A DNA stretch of 36,317 bases, from contig CAYLQK010000001.1 in the NCBI GenBank assembly GCA_964385865.1, forward strand, positions 1-36,317, given 5' to 3'. The translations under genes and the position numbers were made by a program. Below, piece after piece: positions 25,954 to 34,157 of this stretch. The stretch's first letter is position 1. Each line of letters starts with the position of its first letter. The notes under the pieces were generated by a model. It did not search any database. It saw only the letters and a program-made list of their open reading frames with translations, and was not told the DNA's origin. Source of the stretch: an uncultured Clostridia bacterium. Its GTDB lineage: Bacteria; Bacillota; Clostridia; Christensenellales; Borkfalkiaceae.

Positions 25954-27132
25954 TTATCTGATTTTCTTTGCTTCGATATAATAGCGCTTTTCGTTGCCTT
26001 CGCCCATAGAGAAAGTCTTACGGGGGAGATTGCCGCCGGTAATTATAAGGCGGAAGAAATCGTCTTTGCCGATAGCGGGGAGCAGCACTCCTACGTAGCC
26101 CTGTCTTGTGAAAGCTTTGAGTTCCTCATTGCCGTGAATGTAATCTACTTCGCCGCCGTTTACGGCAATAAATTCGGCTATATATTTATCGAGCTCCCTT
26201 ATGCCCTGCGGCACGTCGGAATCGAAAGATATCGGTACCGCCTCGCCGTTCGCCACAACGTACGCCGACCCACTGCCTTCTATTTTCAAACCTTTGATAA
26301 ATTCAGCGGTTTTATCCGTCTTGACAAGGCGGTGTATGGGTTCGAATTTAAGCGCGGGATCGTATATATTTACAGCTTCGGCAAGCGCGAACCTCGCAGG
26401 GTGATTTTCAATCTCTTCCGCGGTGAGATTAGACTTGATTTTCTCCCAGCAGGTTTTTGCCGTAGCAAGCGAATGATTTCCGTCGCCCACGGCAAACAGC
26501 AGATTTTCCGCCGAGTTTCCGACAAGAGAATAAAAACTACGGACAACCTCCTGCGCGTTTTTAACGTAGGTACCCTTTACCCGTCCGCCGTCCATATTCA
26601 GTTCGAAATCGTAAACAACTTCGCCTGTTTTCACGCTTTTCAATACCGTATCGTCCTTATCGTTATATAACAGCATAACGTGAGGCAATTCTATAGGCGC
26701 GTTTTCACGGATTTTAACCCTCGGAGGAATGCGTTCGAGTATGGTCGCTTCGGTAGAACGGATGGGCGTCGTTGCGCCCGCTTCATAGGAATAATCTTCC
26801 AGATCCACCGAAAGCACGATTCCCTTACGCGTACCCGACAGCGCGGTAGTGCGCTCGACGAGGACGAATCCGCCCGTAACGGTTTTAAACACTCCCTTAT
26901 CAAGGTATTCACGCATATTGTTATTGATTGCAGATATCCTTTGATCGGGGTTGTCTTTAAGATAAATTTCGGGGAAAATCAGTCTTAAAGTGCTGATTTT
27001 GTCCCCGACAAGTTTTTCTACGTTTTCCCAATATGCCTTATCGGAAGTAAACTGGTCGCAGGCGTTAACCGCCCACGTTGTCATATCCGAAGTTTCAGGC
27101 AGTAATATTTCGGGAATTTTTATAGTATTCAT
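25954..27132 (-). CDS. DUF1015-family protein (function unknown)
   Basis: 392 aa. WAVNACDQFTS..YW near the N-terminus and RSTEATILERIPPRVKIRENAPIELPHVMLLYND resemble the DUF1015 family as I remember it. Confidence 0.7.
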   Translation of the reverse strand: MNTIKIPEILLPETSDMTTWAVNACDQFTSDKAYWENVEKLVGDKISTLRLIFPEIYLKDNPDQRISAINNNMREYLDKGVFKTVTGGFVLVERTTALSGTRKGIVLSVDLEDYSYEAGATTPIRSTEATILERIPPRVKIRENAPIELPHVMLLYNDKDDTVLKSVKTGEVVYDFELNMDGGRVKGTYVKNAQEVVRSFYSLVGNSAENLLFAVGDGNHSLATAKTCWEKIKSNLTAEEIENHPARFALAEAVNIYDPALKFEPIHRLVKTDKTAEFIKGLKIEGSGSAYVVANGEAVPISFDSDVPQGIRELDKYIAEFIAVNGGEVDYIHGNEELKAFTRQGYVGVLLPAIGKDDFFRLIITGGNLPRKTFSMGEGNEKRYYIEAKKIR

Positions 27133-27142
27133 AAAGCAGATC

Positions 27143-27250
27143 CTAAATATTGATCATAAGTACGACTACGGCTGCAAGCACGAGCGCAAGGAATTTCAAC
27201 AGGAAATTGTTTGTCAATAATTTCAATAAAAATTTACCGAAGTTTTTCAT
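27143..27250 (-). CDS. 35-aa single-TM micro-ORF resembling the N-terminal anchor of CdaR/YbbR (truncated cdaR or mini-regulator)
   Basis: MKNFGKFLLKLLTNNFLLKFLALVLAAVVVLMINI*. Its ATG overlaps the cdaA stop (ATGA), as at cdaA-cdaR junctions. LTNNFLLKFLALVLA resembles the B. subtilis CdaR N-terminus (FLNNRWAVKIIALLFA). No YbbR domains follow. Confidence 0.4.
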   Translation of the reverse strand: MKNFGKFLLKLLTNNFLLKFLALVLAAVVVLMINI

Positions 27251-28095
27251 AATTTACCCTCCGCCGTAAGATCGGACCAATAATATTCGCTCAGCGCATT
27301 CTTTATATCGGACACGTCGGCATACTTCTTCTTTATGATTCCGTTTTTGATTATAGATATGATGCCAGTTTCCTCCGAAACTACGATTGCGGTAACGCTG
27401 GCTACGGTAGTTACGCCCAAAGCGGCGCGGTGTCTGCTGCCCATCTCCTTGGGGAGAGTCTCACTCTGCGCGAGCGGCAGGAAACATCCCGCGGCATAAA
27501 GCTTATTGCCTTCGATTACAAGCGCGCCGTCGTGTAAAGGCGCTTTCGGATAAAATACCGCTTCGATCATCTGCGAACTAATCTTGGCGTTGATGATAGT
27601 ACCGCTCTCTATTATTCCTTCGGGAAGATTGTCGTTGGAAAGCACTATCAGCGCGCCTATATCGTTTTTGGACATATTCTGAACCGCGCGCACGACTTCG
27701 TCTATGATGAGTTCGACGCCGCTGTTCGTAACAGTCTCCATTCTGCTCTTTCTCACGCCCGAATCGAGAAGATTTCTCTTTATTTCGGTATGATACATAG
27801 TAAATACGAGCAACGCTATCATTGCAAGCACGAGGACAAGCAGCGAGGATTCTATATTATCCGAGAACACAAAAGCTATACCGCTCAGCAACGACATAAA
27901 TACGATTATCGCTATGAACTTAGTAGCCTTATTGTATTTAAGCACTTTGAACATTAAGTAAAATAACGTATAAAACAAAATAAGCTGTATTATATAGGCA
28001 AATATGTTATCGGTGAAATTTGTAACGAACCGTTCTATATTTTGTTGTATTTGCGCCCAGCGAGCCATCTGATATTCTCCGAAAGTATTTCTCAT
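27247..28095 (-). CDS. cdaA: diadenylate cyclase CdaA (c-di-AMP synthase)
   Basis: Three N-terminal TM helices plus a DAC domain with DGALVI and GSRHRAALG. ATG 28068 (MARWAQ..., 8 nt behind GGAG) is the more likely start than 28095. Confidence 0.9.
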   Translation of the reverse strand: MRNTFGEYQMARWAQIQQNIERFVTNFTDNIFAYIIQLILFYTLFYLMFKVLKYNKATKFIAIIVFMSLLSGIAFVFSDNIESSLLVLVLAMIALLVFTMYHTEIKRNLLDSGVRKSRMETVTNSGVELIIDEVVRAVQNMSKNDIGALIVLSNDNLPEGIIESGTIINAKISSQMIEAVFYPKAPLHDGALVIEGNKLYAAGCFLPLAQSETLPKEMGSRHRAALGVTTVASVTAIVVSEETGIISIIKNGIIKKKYADVSDIKNALSEYYWSDLTAEGKL

Positions 28096-28116
28096 TAATT
28101 ATTATATAATTAAAAC

Positions 28117-28147
28117 GAAAAAAAATAAAGCGTTTGACGCGCTTTAT
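28117..28147 (-). terminator. intrinsic terminator after holA
   Basis: Minus strand ATAAAGCG-7 nt-CGCTTTAT followed by TTTTTTT. Confidence 0.7.
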
Positions 28148-28149
28148 TT

Positions 28150-29130
28150 TTATTGTTGCCCAAAAAATATTGCATTGTTGACCTTTTGAAGCGCGCCGCG
28201 CGGAGATATAAGGCCGCTCTTTATTTCGGACAAGGCATTGTACACGAATGAAACGTATTTCTTTAAAGCGGCTTCGCCTATCGCGCGCGCCTGCTCGCGG
28301 TTTTTCTTGACGCCGTATTCCTTGATTTTCAAAAGCTTCGCCAATTCCTGATCTCCGCAGTCGGATTCCAGAACGGTGAGAAGGTTCCTGAAATATGAAA
28401 ACATTCCCGCTAATATATAAGATTCATCTCCGGCTTTTCGGCATAACTCGGTCTGTATACGACAGAATTTATCATAATCTCTGCGCGATACGGCGTTGGT
28501 CATCTCGTACAAACGGTAGTCCGAATCCTTAAAAACCAGCTCTTCCGCCTCTTCGCGCGTGAGCTCGCCCGATACCTTATAATCTATGATTTTCTCTACT
28601 TCCAACGCCACTCTCGACATATTGCAGAGACAATATCTCGATATGGAAGTACAGATATCCACCGAAGCTATAATGTTTGCCTTTTTGAAGGTGAGATATA
28701 TCCATTTCGCCACCGTCTCTTCGTCCGCCCTGTTACAGTCCACGTAAGTTATGCAATGCTTACGCTTTAAATCCACTCCCTTTTTGCTTTCCGAATTTAC
28801 GATAATAAGAATTGCCGTTGACGGGAAGTTTTCAAAGGTCTTTTTTAGATAATTTTCGTATTCGGTATCGGAGGGGTGAAATTCCGAAACTTTAACTATT
28901 CGCTTTTCGGACATAAACGGAAAGCTTTCAAGCGCAGAAGTCAGCGCGGTCAAGCCTACGCCTTTAAGGGTCTCGCCGTCTAACGCGGTATAATTCAGCT
29001 CAGGCATCTGCAAAAATGCCGACTTGATCATTTTCTCGCCGTTCATACGGAAATATGCGTCGTCGCCTTCAAGCAGATAGACGTTCCTCGCACCCTCTTT
29101 TATATCGTTTTTAAGCTCTGTATATTTCAT
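28150..29130 (-). CDS. holA: DNA polymerase III delta subunit
   Basis: 326 aa, N-terminal VYLLEGDDAYF pattern, helical C-terminal domain typical of HolA. Confidence 0.8.
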   Translation of the reverse strand: MKYTELKNDIKEGARNVYLLEGDDAYFRMNGEKMIKSAFLQMPELNYTALDGETLKGVGLTALTSALESFPFMSEKRIVKVSEFHPSDTEYENYLKKTFENFPSTAILIIVNSESKKGVDLKRKHCITYVDCNRADEETVAKWIYLTFKKANIIASVDICTSISRYCLCNMSRVALEVEKIIDYKVSGELTREEAEELVFKDSDYRLYEMTNAVSRRDYDKFCRIQTELCRKAGDESYILAGMFSYFRNLLTVLESDCGDQELAKLLKIKEYGVKKNREQARAIGEAALKKYVSFVYNALSEIKSGLISPRGALQKVNNAIFFGQQ

Positions 29131-29205
29131 TTGTTAAAGTGTACCATATCCGTTCGAAAAAATCAAGCCGTTGCAACGGTTGTCCCGCCGCTGCCTCTTT
29201 AACGT

Positions 29206-29234
29206 AAAAAGCGGAAGCCGTGCGTTTCCGCTTT
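29206..29234 (-). terminator. intrinsic terminator after the LysR gene
   Basis: Minus strand AAAGCGGAA-acgcacggc-TTCCGCTTTTT. Confidence 0.7.
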
Positions 29235-29237
29235 AAA

Positions 29238-30119
29238 TTATTTAAAAATGGATATAAACTGTTTCAACGCGAACGGTAACGGCGTATTTTTGGGCAATGC
29301 TATACCTACGCCTCTGACGGGCAGGGAAGGAGAAGTTTTTACCTCGAACAGCTCCCCGCTTTCCAATTCTTCGATGCAATATTCGCGCGGAACACAGCCT
29401 ACACCCATTCCCTTGATTGCGAGTTTTAACATCAAATCCCAGTTAGCGACTTCGATATCGGGGTAGAGCTCCAAGCCCAAAGTGCAGGTAAAATTCGAAA
29501 GGGCGCGGCGCGCTATCGTGTTCTCCTCTATCATAAGAAGCGGATATTCCTGAAGCCCCTTCAAGGGCAACACGGTATCACGCAGGTCTTTAAATTTTTC
29601 GCCTGCAACGAAAATATCGGAAAGATGGCTCACGGTCTTTAGAAATTTTACGTCTTTATCCTCTACAGGCAGATTGACGAACGCTATATCGCATTTCCCC
29701 TCTTTGAGCTGATTAAGCGTATCGGGCGAAGTCGACGAGATCAGCTCGAACCTTACCGCAGGATACTGACCGTTGAAAGCCGCTATTTTATCCGCCAATA
29801 TATGTGAAAATATGGAATCGGTTGCACCTATCCTGATTGTGCCCGTCGGCGTGGATTTAAGTTCCGCAATGCTGTTTTCCGCGGATTCGATCAGCATAAT
29901 AGCGTCTTCAATCTGCTGAAAGATGAGTTTTCCGCCCGCAGCCGACAGGTCCATACCTCTGTGCGTGCGGTTGAACAGCGTAACGCCGAGTTGATTTTCA
30001 AGCTGCTTTATCGATTGCGAAACTGCAGGTTGCGAAATGAACAGCTCCTGTGCCGCCCTTGTGAGACTGCCGCACTTGGCTACGGTGTAAAATACTTTGT
30101 ATAATTCGAGATTGACCAT
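29238..30119 (-). CDS. LysR-family transcriptional regulator
   Basis: N-terminal wHTH SLTRAAQELFISQPAVSQSIKQLENQLGVTLF plus a C-terminal substrate-binding domain. Confidence 0.9.
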   Translation of the reverse strand: MVNLELYKVFYTVAKCGSLTRAAQELFISQPAVSQSIKQLENQLGVTLFNRTHRGMDLSAAGGKLIFQQIEDAIMLIESAENSIAELKSTPTGTIRIGATDSIFSHILADKIAAFNGQYPAVRFELISSTSPDTLNQLKEGKCDIAFVNLPVEDKDVKFLKTVSHLSDIFVAGEKFKDLRDTVLPLKGLQEYPLLMIEENTIARRALSNFTCTLGLELYPDIEVANWDLMLKLAIKGMGVGCVPREYCIEELESGELFEVKTSPSLPVRGVGIALPKNTPLPFALKQFISIFK

Positions 30120-30131
30120 ATCTTCCCCCCT

Positions 30132-31442
30132 CTATTTTCCGACGCAGAATTTTTCGAATACTGTATTAATGATTTGTTCGTTGGCGGTTTCACCGGTAAT
30201 TTCACCCAACGCGTCCCAGGCGTCTTTCAGGTCTATAGATAATATATCGGGCGTGTACGTTCGCTTATTGCTCATTGCGGAACGCAGCGCTTCGTCGGCG
30301 CGTAACAGCGCACAGTAATGCCGTCTTTCGATTATAAAGACCTTTTCAAGAGAGTACTCGCCTACCGACCTTTCGGCAAGCAAGCGCCTAAGTTCGTCAA
30401 GCCCTTCGCCCGTCTTGGCGGAAACGGTCGCGTCGTATTTTCCGTCTGCCTTATTTACGTCGCACTTGTTGAAAACCCTTATAATTTCGCCGCAGGCGCC
30501 ATCCGTTTCAGCCTCGCCGTTTCCGTCCGTTACGGATAAGATAACGTCGGCGGAGCGGAGTACTTGTTTTGCGCGCTCTATACCTATACTTTCAACTTCG
30601 CCGGTGCTCTCGCGAATTCCAGCGGTATCTATGAGATTAAACTTCACGCCGTCTATTTCGATTGCGCCCTCTACCGCATCGCGCGTCGTCCCCGCTTCAG
30701 AGGATACTATCGCCTTATCGTAGCCGAGCAAAGCGTTTAAAAGTGAACTTTTGCCCGTGTTAGGTTTGCCGCAGATAGCAACCGTAACGCCGTCTTTTAT
30801 TTTTTTTCCGCAGGAATAAGATTCCGCCAGACGGGTAAGTCTTTGCGACAAAACGGAAATTTCATCGGCGATGATTTCCGCATTCAGTCCCTCGAGATCC
30901 TCTTCGGGATAATCGATATCGGCGGCGATATGGGCGAGAATTTCTTTCAAAGTGCCTTGAATTTCACGAATTTCAGCCGTAAGCTTTTCGTTGTACAGCA
31001 TTTTGCCCGCGCGGAGAGACGCAAGGCTTTCCGCATTTATCATATCTATCATTCCTTCCGCCGAAGACAGTGAAAGCTTGCCGTTGATAAATGCGCGCTT
31101 GGTGAATTCCCCCCTCTCCGCGGCACGTGCGCCGAAGGACAGCGTTCTTGCGAGTATGCCGCGCGCTATCTGTACTCCGCCGTGGCAATGAAATTCCACG
31201 ACGTCCTCTCCCGTAAAAGATTTGGGAGCTTTAAAATATACGCACATTCCGTAATCCGTAAAGCCGTTGCCCGAAATTTCTCCCGTGTACATAAAGTTAG
31301 GAAGAAAATCCTCGACCGATGTTTTACCCGAAGGGCTGAACATCTGTGCCGCTATCGACAGCGCCCCCGCACCGCTTATTCTTATAACTGCTATACCGCC
31401 CGTTCCCGACGGCGTAGAAATCGCAGAAATACAGTCTTTCAT
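30132..31442 (-). CDS. mnmE: tRNA modification GTPase MnmE
   Basis: G1 GKPNTGKSSLLNAL, G3 DTAGIR, NKCD, and the C-terminal FCVGK motif. Confidence 0.93.
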   Translation of the reverse strand: MKDCISAISTPSGTGGIAVIRISGAGALSIAAQMFSPSGKTSVEDFLPNFMYTGEISGNGFTDYGMCVYFKAPKSFTGEDVVEFHCHGGVQIARGILARTLSFGARAAERGEFTKRAFINGKLSLSSAEGMIDMINAESLASLRAGKMLYNEKLTAEIREIQGTLKEILAHIAADIDYPEEDLEGLNAEIIADEISVLSQRLTRLAESYSCGKKIKDGVTVAICGKPNTGKSSLLNALLGYDKAIVSSEAGTTRDAVEGAIEIDGVKFNLIDTAGIRESTGEVESIGIERAKQVLRSADVILSVTDGNGEAETDGACGEIIRVFNKCDVNKADGKYDATVSAKTGEGLDELRRLLAERSVGEYSLEKVFIIERRHYCALLRADEALRSAMSNKRTYTPDILSIDLKDAWDALGEITGETANEQIINTVFEKFCVGK

Positions 31443-31513
31443 TTTATCCCCTGCCGCAAACAGTATCTCTAATGAATGCGGTAATTTATAACTTTTACTT
31501 ATATCTCAAATCT

Positions 31514-31542
31514 ATTATAACATAGGCCGTTTTACGGCGCAA
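31514..31542 (-). promoter_or_regulatory. candidate mnmE promoter
   Basis: Minus strand TTGCGC, 17 nt, TGtTATAAT (extended -10), directly after the upstream terminator. Confidence 0.5.
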
Positions 31543-31543
31543 T

Positions 31544-31572
31544 AAAAAAGGCGCAGATTTTTTTGCGCCTTT
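31544..31572 (-). terminator. intrinsic terminator after the Q/N-tailed membrane protein gene
   Basis: Minus strand AAAGGCGCA-aaaaaatc-TGCGCCTTTTTT. Confidence 0.8.
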
Positions 31573-31586
31573 GAGTTTTTATATAA

Positions 31587-32453
31587 TCAATTGTAATCGT
31601 CGAAAGGAGATGCGCCCGAGTTTCCCGATCCGTCTGACCCGCCGAGATCGCCGAAAGGGTCTTCGGGTGGCGAGCTACGCCCTGTCTGATTGTTGGGATT
31701 ATCCGACTGCGTTCCGTTACCGTAACCGTCGTTATAGTTTCTGTTATAAGGATTTTGGTTATAGGGGTTCTGGTAGAAATTTTGTTGTTGCTGATACTGC
31801 TGATACATTTTTTCCCGCTCTCTTTTAACAAATTCTCTGTAATTGACCCCTCTGTTGTTGCGAACGATAAAGAAGAGAATGCCCTGAATGGGGAAAATTA
31901 TGCTTGTAAGCGTGAAAAGCAGATATCTGCGGCAAGCGTAAGTTTGGAAAAAGCATAAAAACAGGAATACTTCAAGAAGCAGATATACCAGCTCAGCAAC
32001 GCTCAAAATCAAGTCGAGATAGGTAAATATCCACGCCGCCCAATTGAGATTTGCAGGAAGATCTGGGGACAGCTGGTAACTTTCGTACGTAAGTCCCCAC
32101 TTGTCGGTCTCCGTTACGACATAAACGTAATCGTTGACAAGATACGACGATACGAACAGCAAAATATAGCCTATTACCAGCACTAACTCGAAAATAGCGA
32201 CGGCAAGACCTATCTTTTTGGCGTCTATATTATAGAACTTGTTTTTCTGTGCGCATACACCTATATAGTAAGTGTTGAAAAACGGGACAAACGCCATCCA
32301 TCTATTTTTATATCCTTCACGCTTGGCAATGATAAACAGCGCTACGCCTTCGAAAATGAATACGATGGCGAAGCACAACGCGCCTATCAATAAACTCATC
32401 AATAGTCCGCCGCCGAATTTAGACACAGCCGAAGCGTATTGGAAAAAATCCAT
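31587..32453 (-). CDS. hypothetical polytopic membrane protein with a Q/N/Y-rich low-complexity C-terminal tail
   Basis: 288 aa with about 5-6 hydrophobic helices. The tail reads YQQYQQQQNFYQNPYNQNPYNRNYNDGYGNGTQSDNPNNQ...DDYN. RBS is GGGGAG. Confidence 0.75.
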   Translation of the reverse strand: MDFFQYASAVSKFGGGLLMSLLIGALCFAIVFIFEGVALFIIAKREGYKNRWMAFVPFFNTYYIGVCAQKNKFYNIDAKKIGLAVAIFELVLVIGYILLFVSSYLVNDYVYVVTETDKWGLTYESYQLSPDLPANLNWAAWIFTYLDLILSVAELVYLLLEVFLFLCFFQTYACRRYLLFTLTSIIFPIQGILFFIVRNNRGVNYREFVKREREKMYQQYQQQQNFYQNPYNQNPYNRNYNDGYGNGTQSDNPNNQTGRSSPPEDPFGDLGGSDGSGNSGASPFDDYN

Positions 32454-32535
32454 ATTAACTCCCCAATTACATTATCGTATTTTATATTTTATTATTCGTA
32501 AATGTAAAAAATAAAAACACCGTGTGAAAAGATTG

Positions 32536-33306
32536 TTAAATCGTACCGCCGAAAAGTCCGAAACCGTAATCCACGCTTTCAAGCGTCAGACCGTGCGCGG
32601 GCATCGTCTTGCCTACCGCACCCCTGTCGCCCTCGGTCAGCGAACGTTCGATCTCCCCGTCTCCCAATCTGCCGGCGGCGTAATACAGCAGCGTCCCGAC
32701 AAGCGTGCGCACCATATTATAGAGAAATCCGTTGCCGGTAACGTATACTTCCAAATCCGTACTGCCGCGGTACGATCGGGACCTCAATTCGATTGAATAA
32801 ATCCGCCTTACCGTGGTTTTTACCTGCGACCCCGCCGCACAGTAAGCGGCGAAATCGTGTTCGCCCTCGAAGATATTGCAAGCCCTTTCAAGCCTTTGCA
32901 TATCGATACCGAATTTTACCTGCGCCGAATATCTGTCCTTCATAGGATTACGACGTTCCGAGAGATATACGCGGTAACAATATGTTTTCCTCTTTGCACT
33001 CCTTGAAGCGTCGAATCCGTCGGGAGCCGCACAAGATTTTAACACGCTGATATCCTGCGGCAGACGGGGATTGAGCGCGTCGGCAAAGCGTTCGGGCGGA
33101 ATTGTGGTCTGCGCGTCAAAATGGCAGACCTGCGCTGCCGCGTGAACGCCGCTGTCGGTTCTTCCGCTTGCAGTGATATTGACCCTGTAACCGAGGACTT
33201 CCTCAAGCGCGTCGGTCAGTTTTTCCTGAACGGTAACGGAATTATTTTGTATCTGCCAGCCGCCGTAAGCCGTGCCGTCATAGGATATAAGCAATACGTA
33301 TCTCAT
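32536..33306 (-). CDS. truA: tRNA pseudouridine(38-40) synthase TruA
   Basis: MRYVLLISYDGTAYGGWQIQ N-terminus and catalytic GRTDSGVHA. The start is at ATG 33306 (TGATG junction with ecfT). The track ORF's 34-codon extension is rejected. Confidence 0.9.
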   Translation of the reverse strand: MRYVLLISYDGTAYGGWQIQNNSVTVQEKLTDALEEVLGYRVNITASGRTDSGVHAAAQVCHFDAQTTIPPERFADALNPRLPQDISVLKSCAAPDGFDASRSAKRKTYCYRVYLSERRNPMKDRYSAQVKFGIDMQRLERACNIFEGEHDFAAYCAAGSQVKTTVRRIYSIELRSRSYRGSTDLEVYVTGNGFLYNMVRTLVGTLLYYAAGRLGDGEIERSLTEGDRGAVGKTMPAHGLTLESVDYGFGLFGGTI

Positions 33307-34157
33307 CAGCTCAACCTTATATATTCGTAAATTTCGGGAAAAATCTGCGCGTCGTAAATATTCAGGAGAACGACGCCGGCAATCAGCGCCGCAAAGACGA
33401 GCGCGCAAATCAGATCGCGCCAGCCGAGTTTGAGTTTTTTATATTTCGTCCTGTTCTTTGACCCCGAATAACAGCGCGCGTCCATAGCGTCGCCGAGCTC
33501 CTCCGCGCGTCTGAATGCGCTGATCAGCAGGGGTATAAGTATAGGCACAATGGCTTTTATACGCTTGAATATGTTGCCGCTCTCGAAATCCGCGCCCCTC
33601 GCTTTCTGCGCCGATATAATGCGGTTGGTCTCATCTATCAGCGTGGGGATAAATCTCAGAGCAATCGACATTATCAATGCGAGCTCGTGTACGGGAAAGC
33701 GTATTAGTTTAAGCGGCTTTAAAAGGCTTTCGATGCCGTCGGTCAGTTCCACTGGCGTAGTCGTAAGGGTCAGTAACGCAGAACCCATAACGAGGAAAAA
33801 CAGCCTGAAAACGAAAAATACGGTAAAAATTACGCCCTCAAGATAAATCTTTAAAATACCCCAATGCACGAGTAGGTTCTCTTCCGTTCCGCCGTGAAAG
33901 AACAGATTGAGTACGGCGGTAAAAATAAGCAGAAAGATTACCGCCTTTACGGAACGGAGAACACTGCCGAGCGGCACTCTTGCCGCAATTATAACGACAA
34001 CGAGCACGAGAAAGCACGCAGCCATTCCGTAAAAATTTTTAGTGATAAACAGGGCGACGATATACGCTATCAACCCGAGCAATTTCACCCTCGGATCGGA
34101 TTTGTGGACAAAAGATGACGACGGATAATACTGTCCGAAAGTTACGTCGTTAAGCAT
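33306..34157 (-). CDS. ecfT: ECF transporter transmembrane (T) component
   Basis: Polytopic protein with the coupling-helix motif AQKARGADF. ATG 34157 lies 8 nt behind GGAGG and overlaps the ecfA stop. Confidence 0.9.
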   Translation of the reverse strand: MLNDVTFGQYYPSSSFVHKSDPRVKLLGLIAYIVALFITKNFYGMAACFLVLVVVIIAARVPLGSVLRSVKAVIFLLIFTAVLNLFFHGGTEENLLVHWGILKIYLEGVIFTVFFVFRLFFLVMGSALLTLTTTPVELTDGIESLLKPLKLIRFPVHELALIMSIALRFIPTLIDETNRIISAQKARGADFESGNIFKRIKAIVPILIPLLISAFRRAEELGDAMDARCYSGSKNRTKYKKLKLGWRDLICALVFAALIAGVVLLNIYDAQIFPEIYEYIRLS

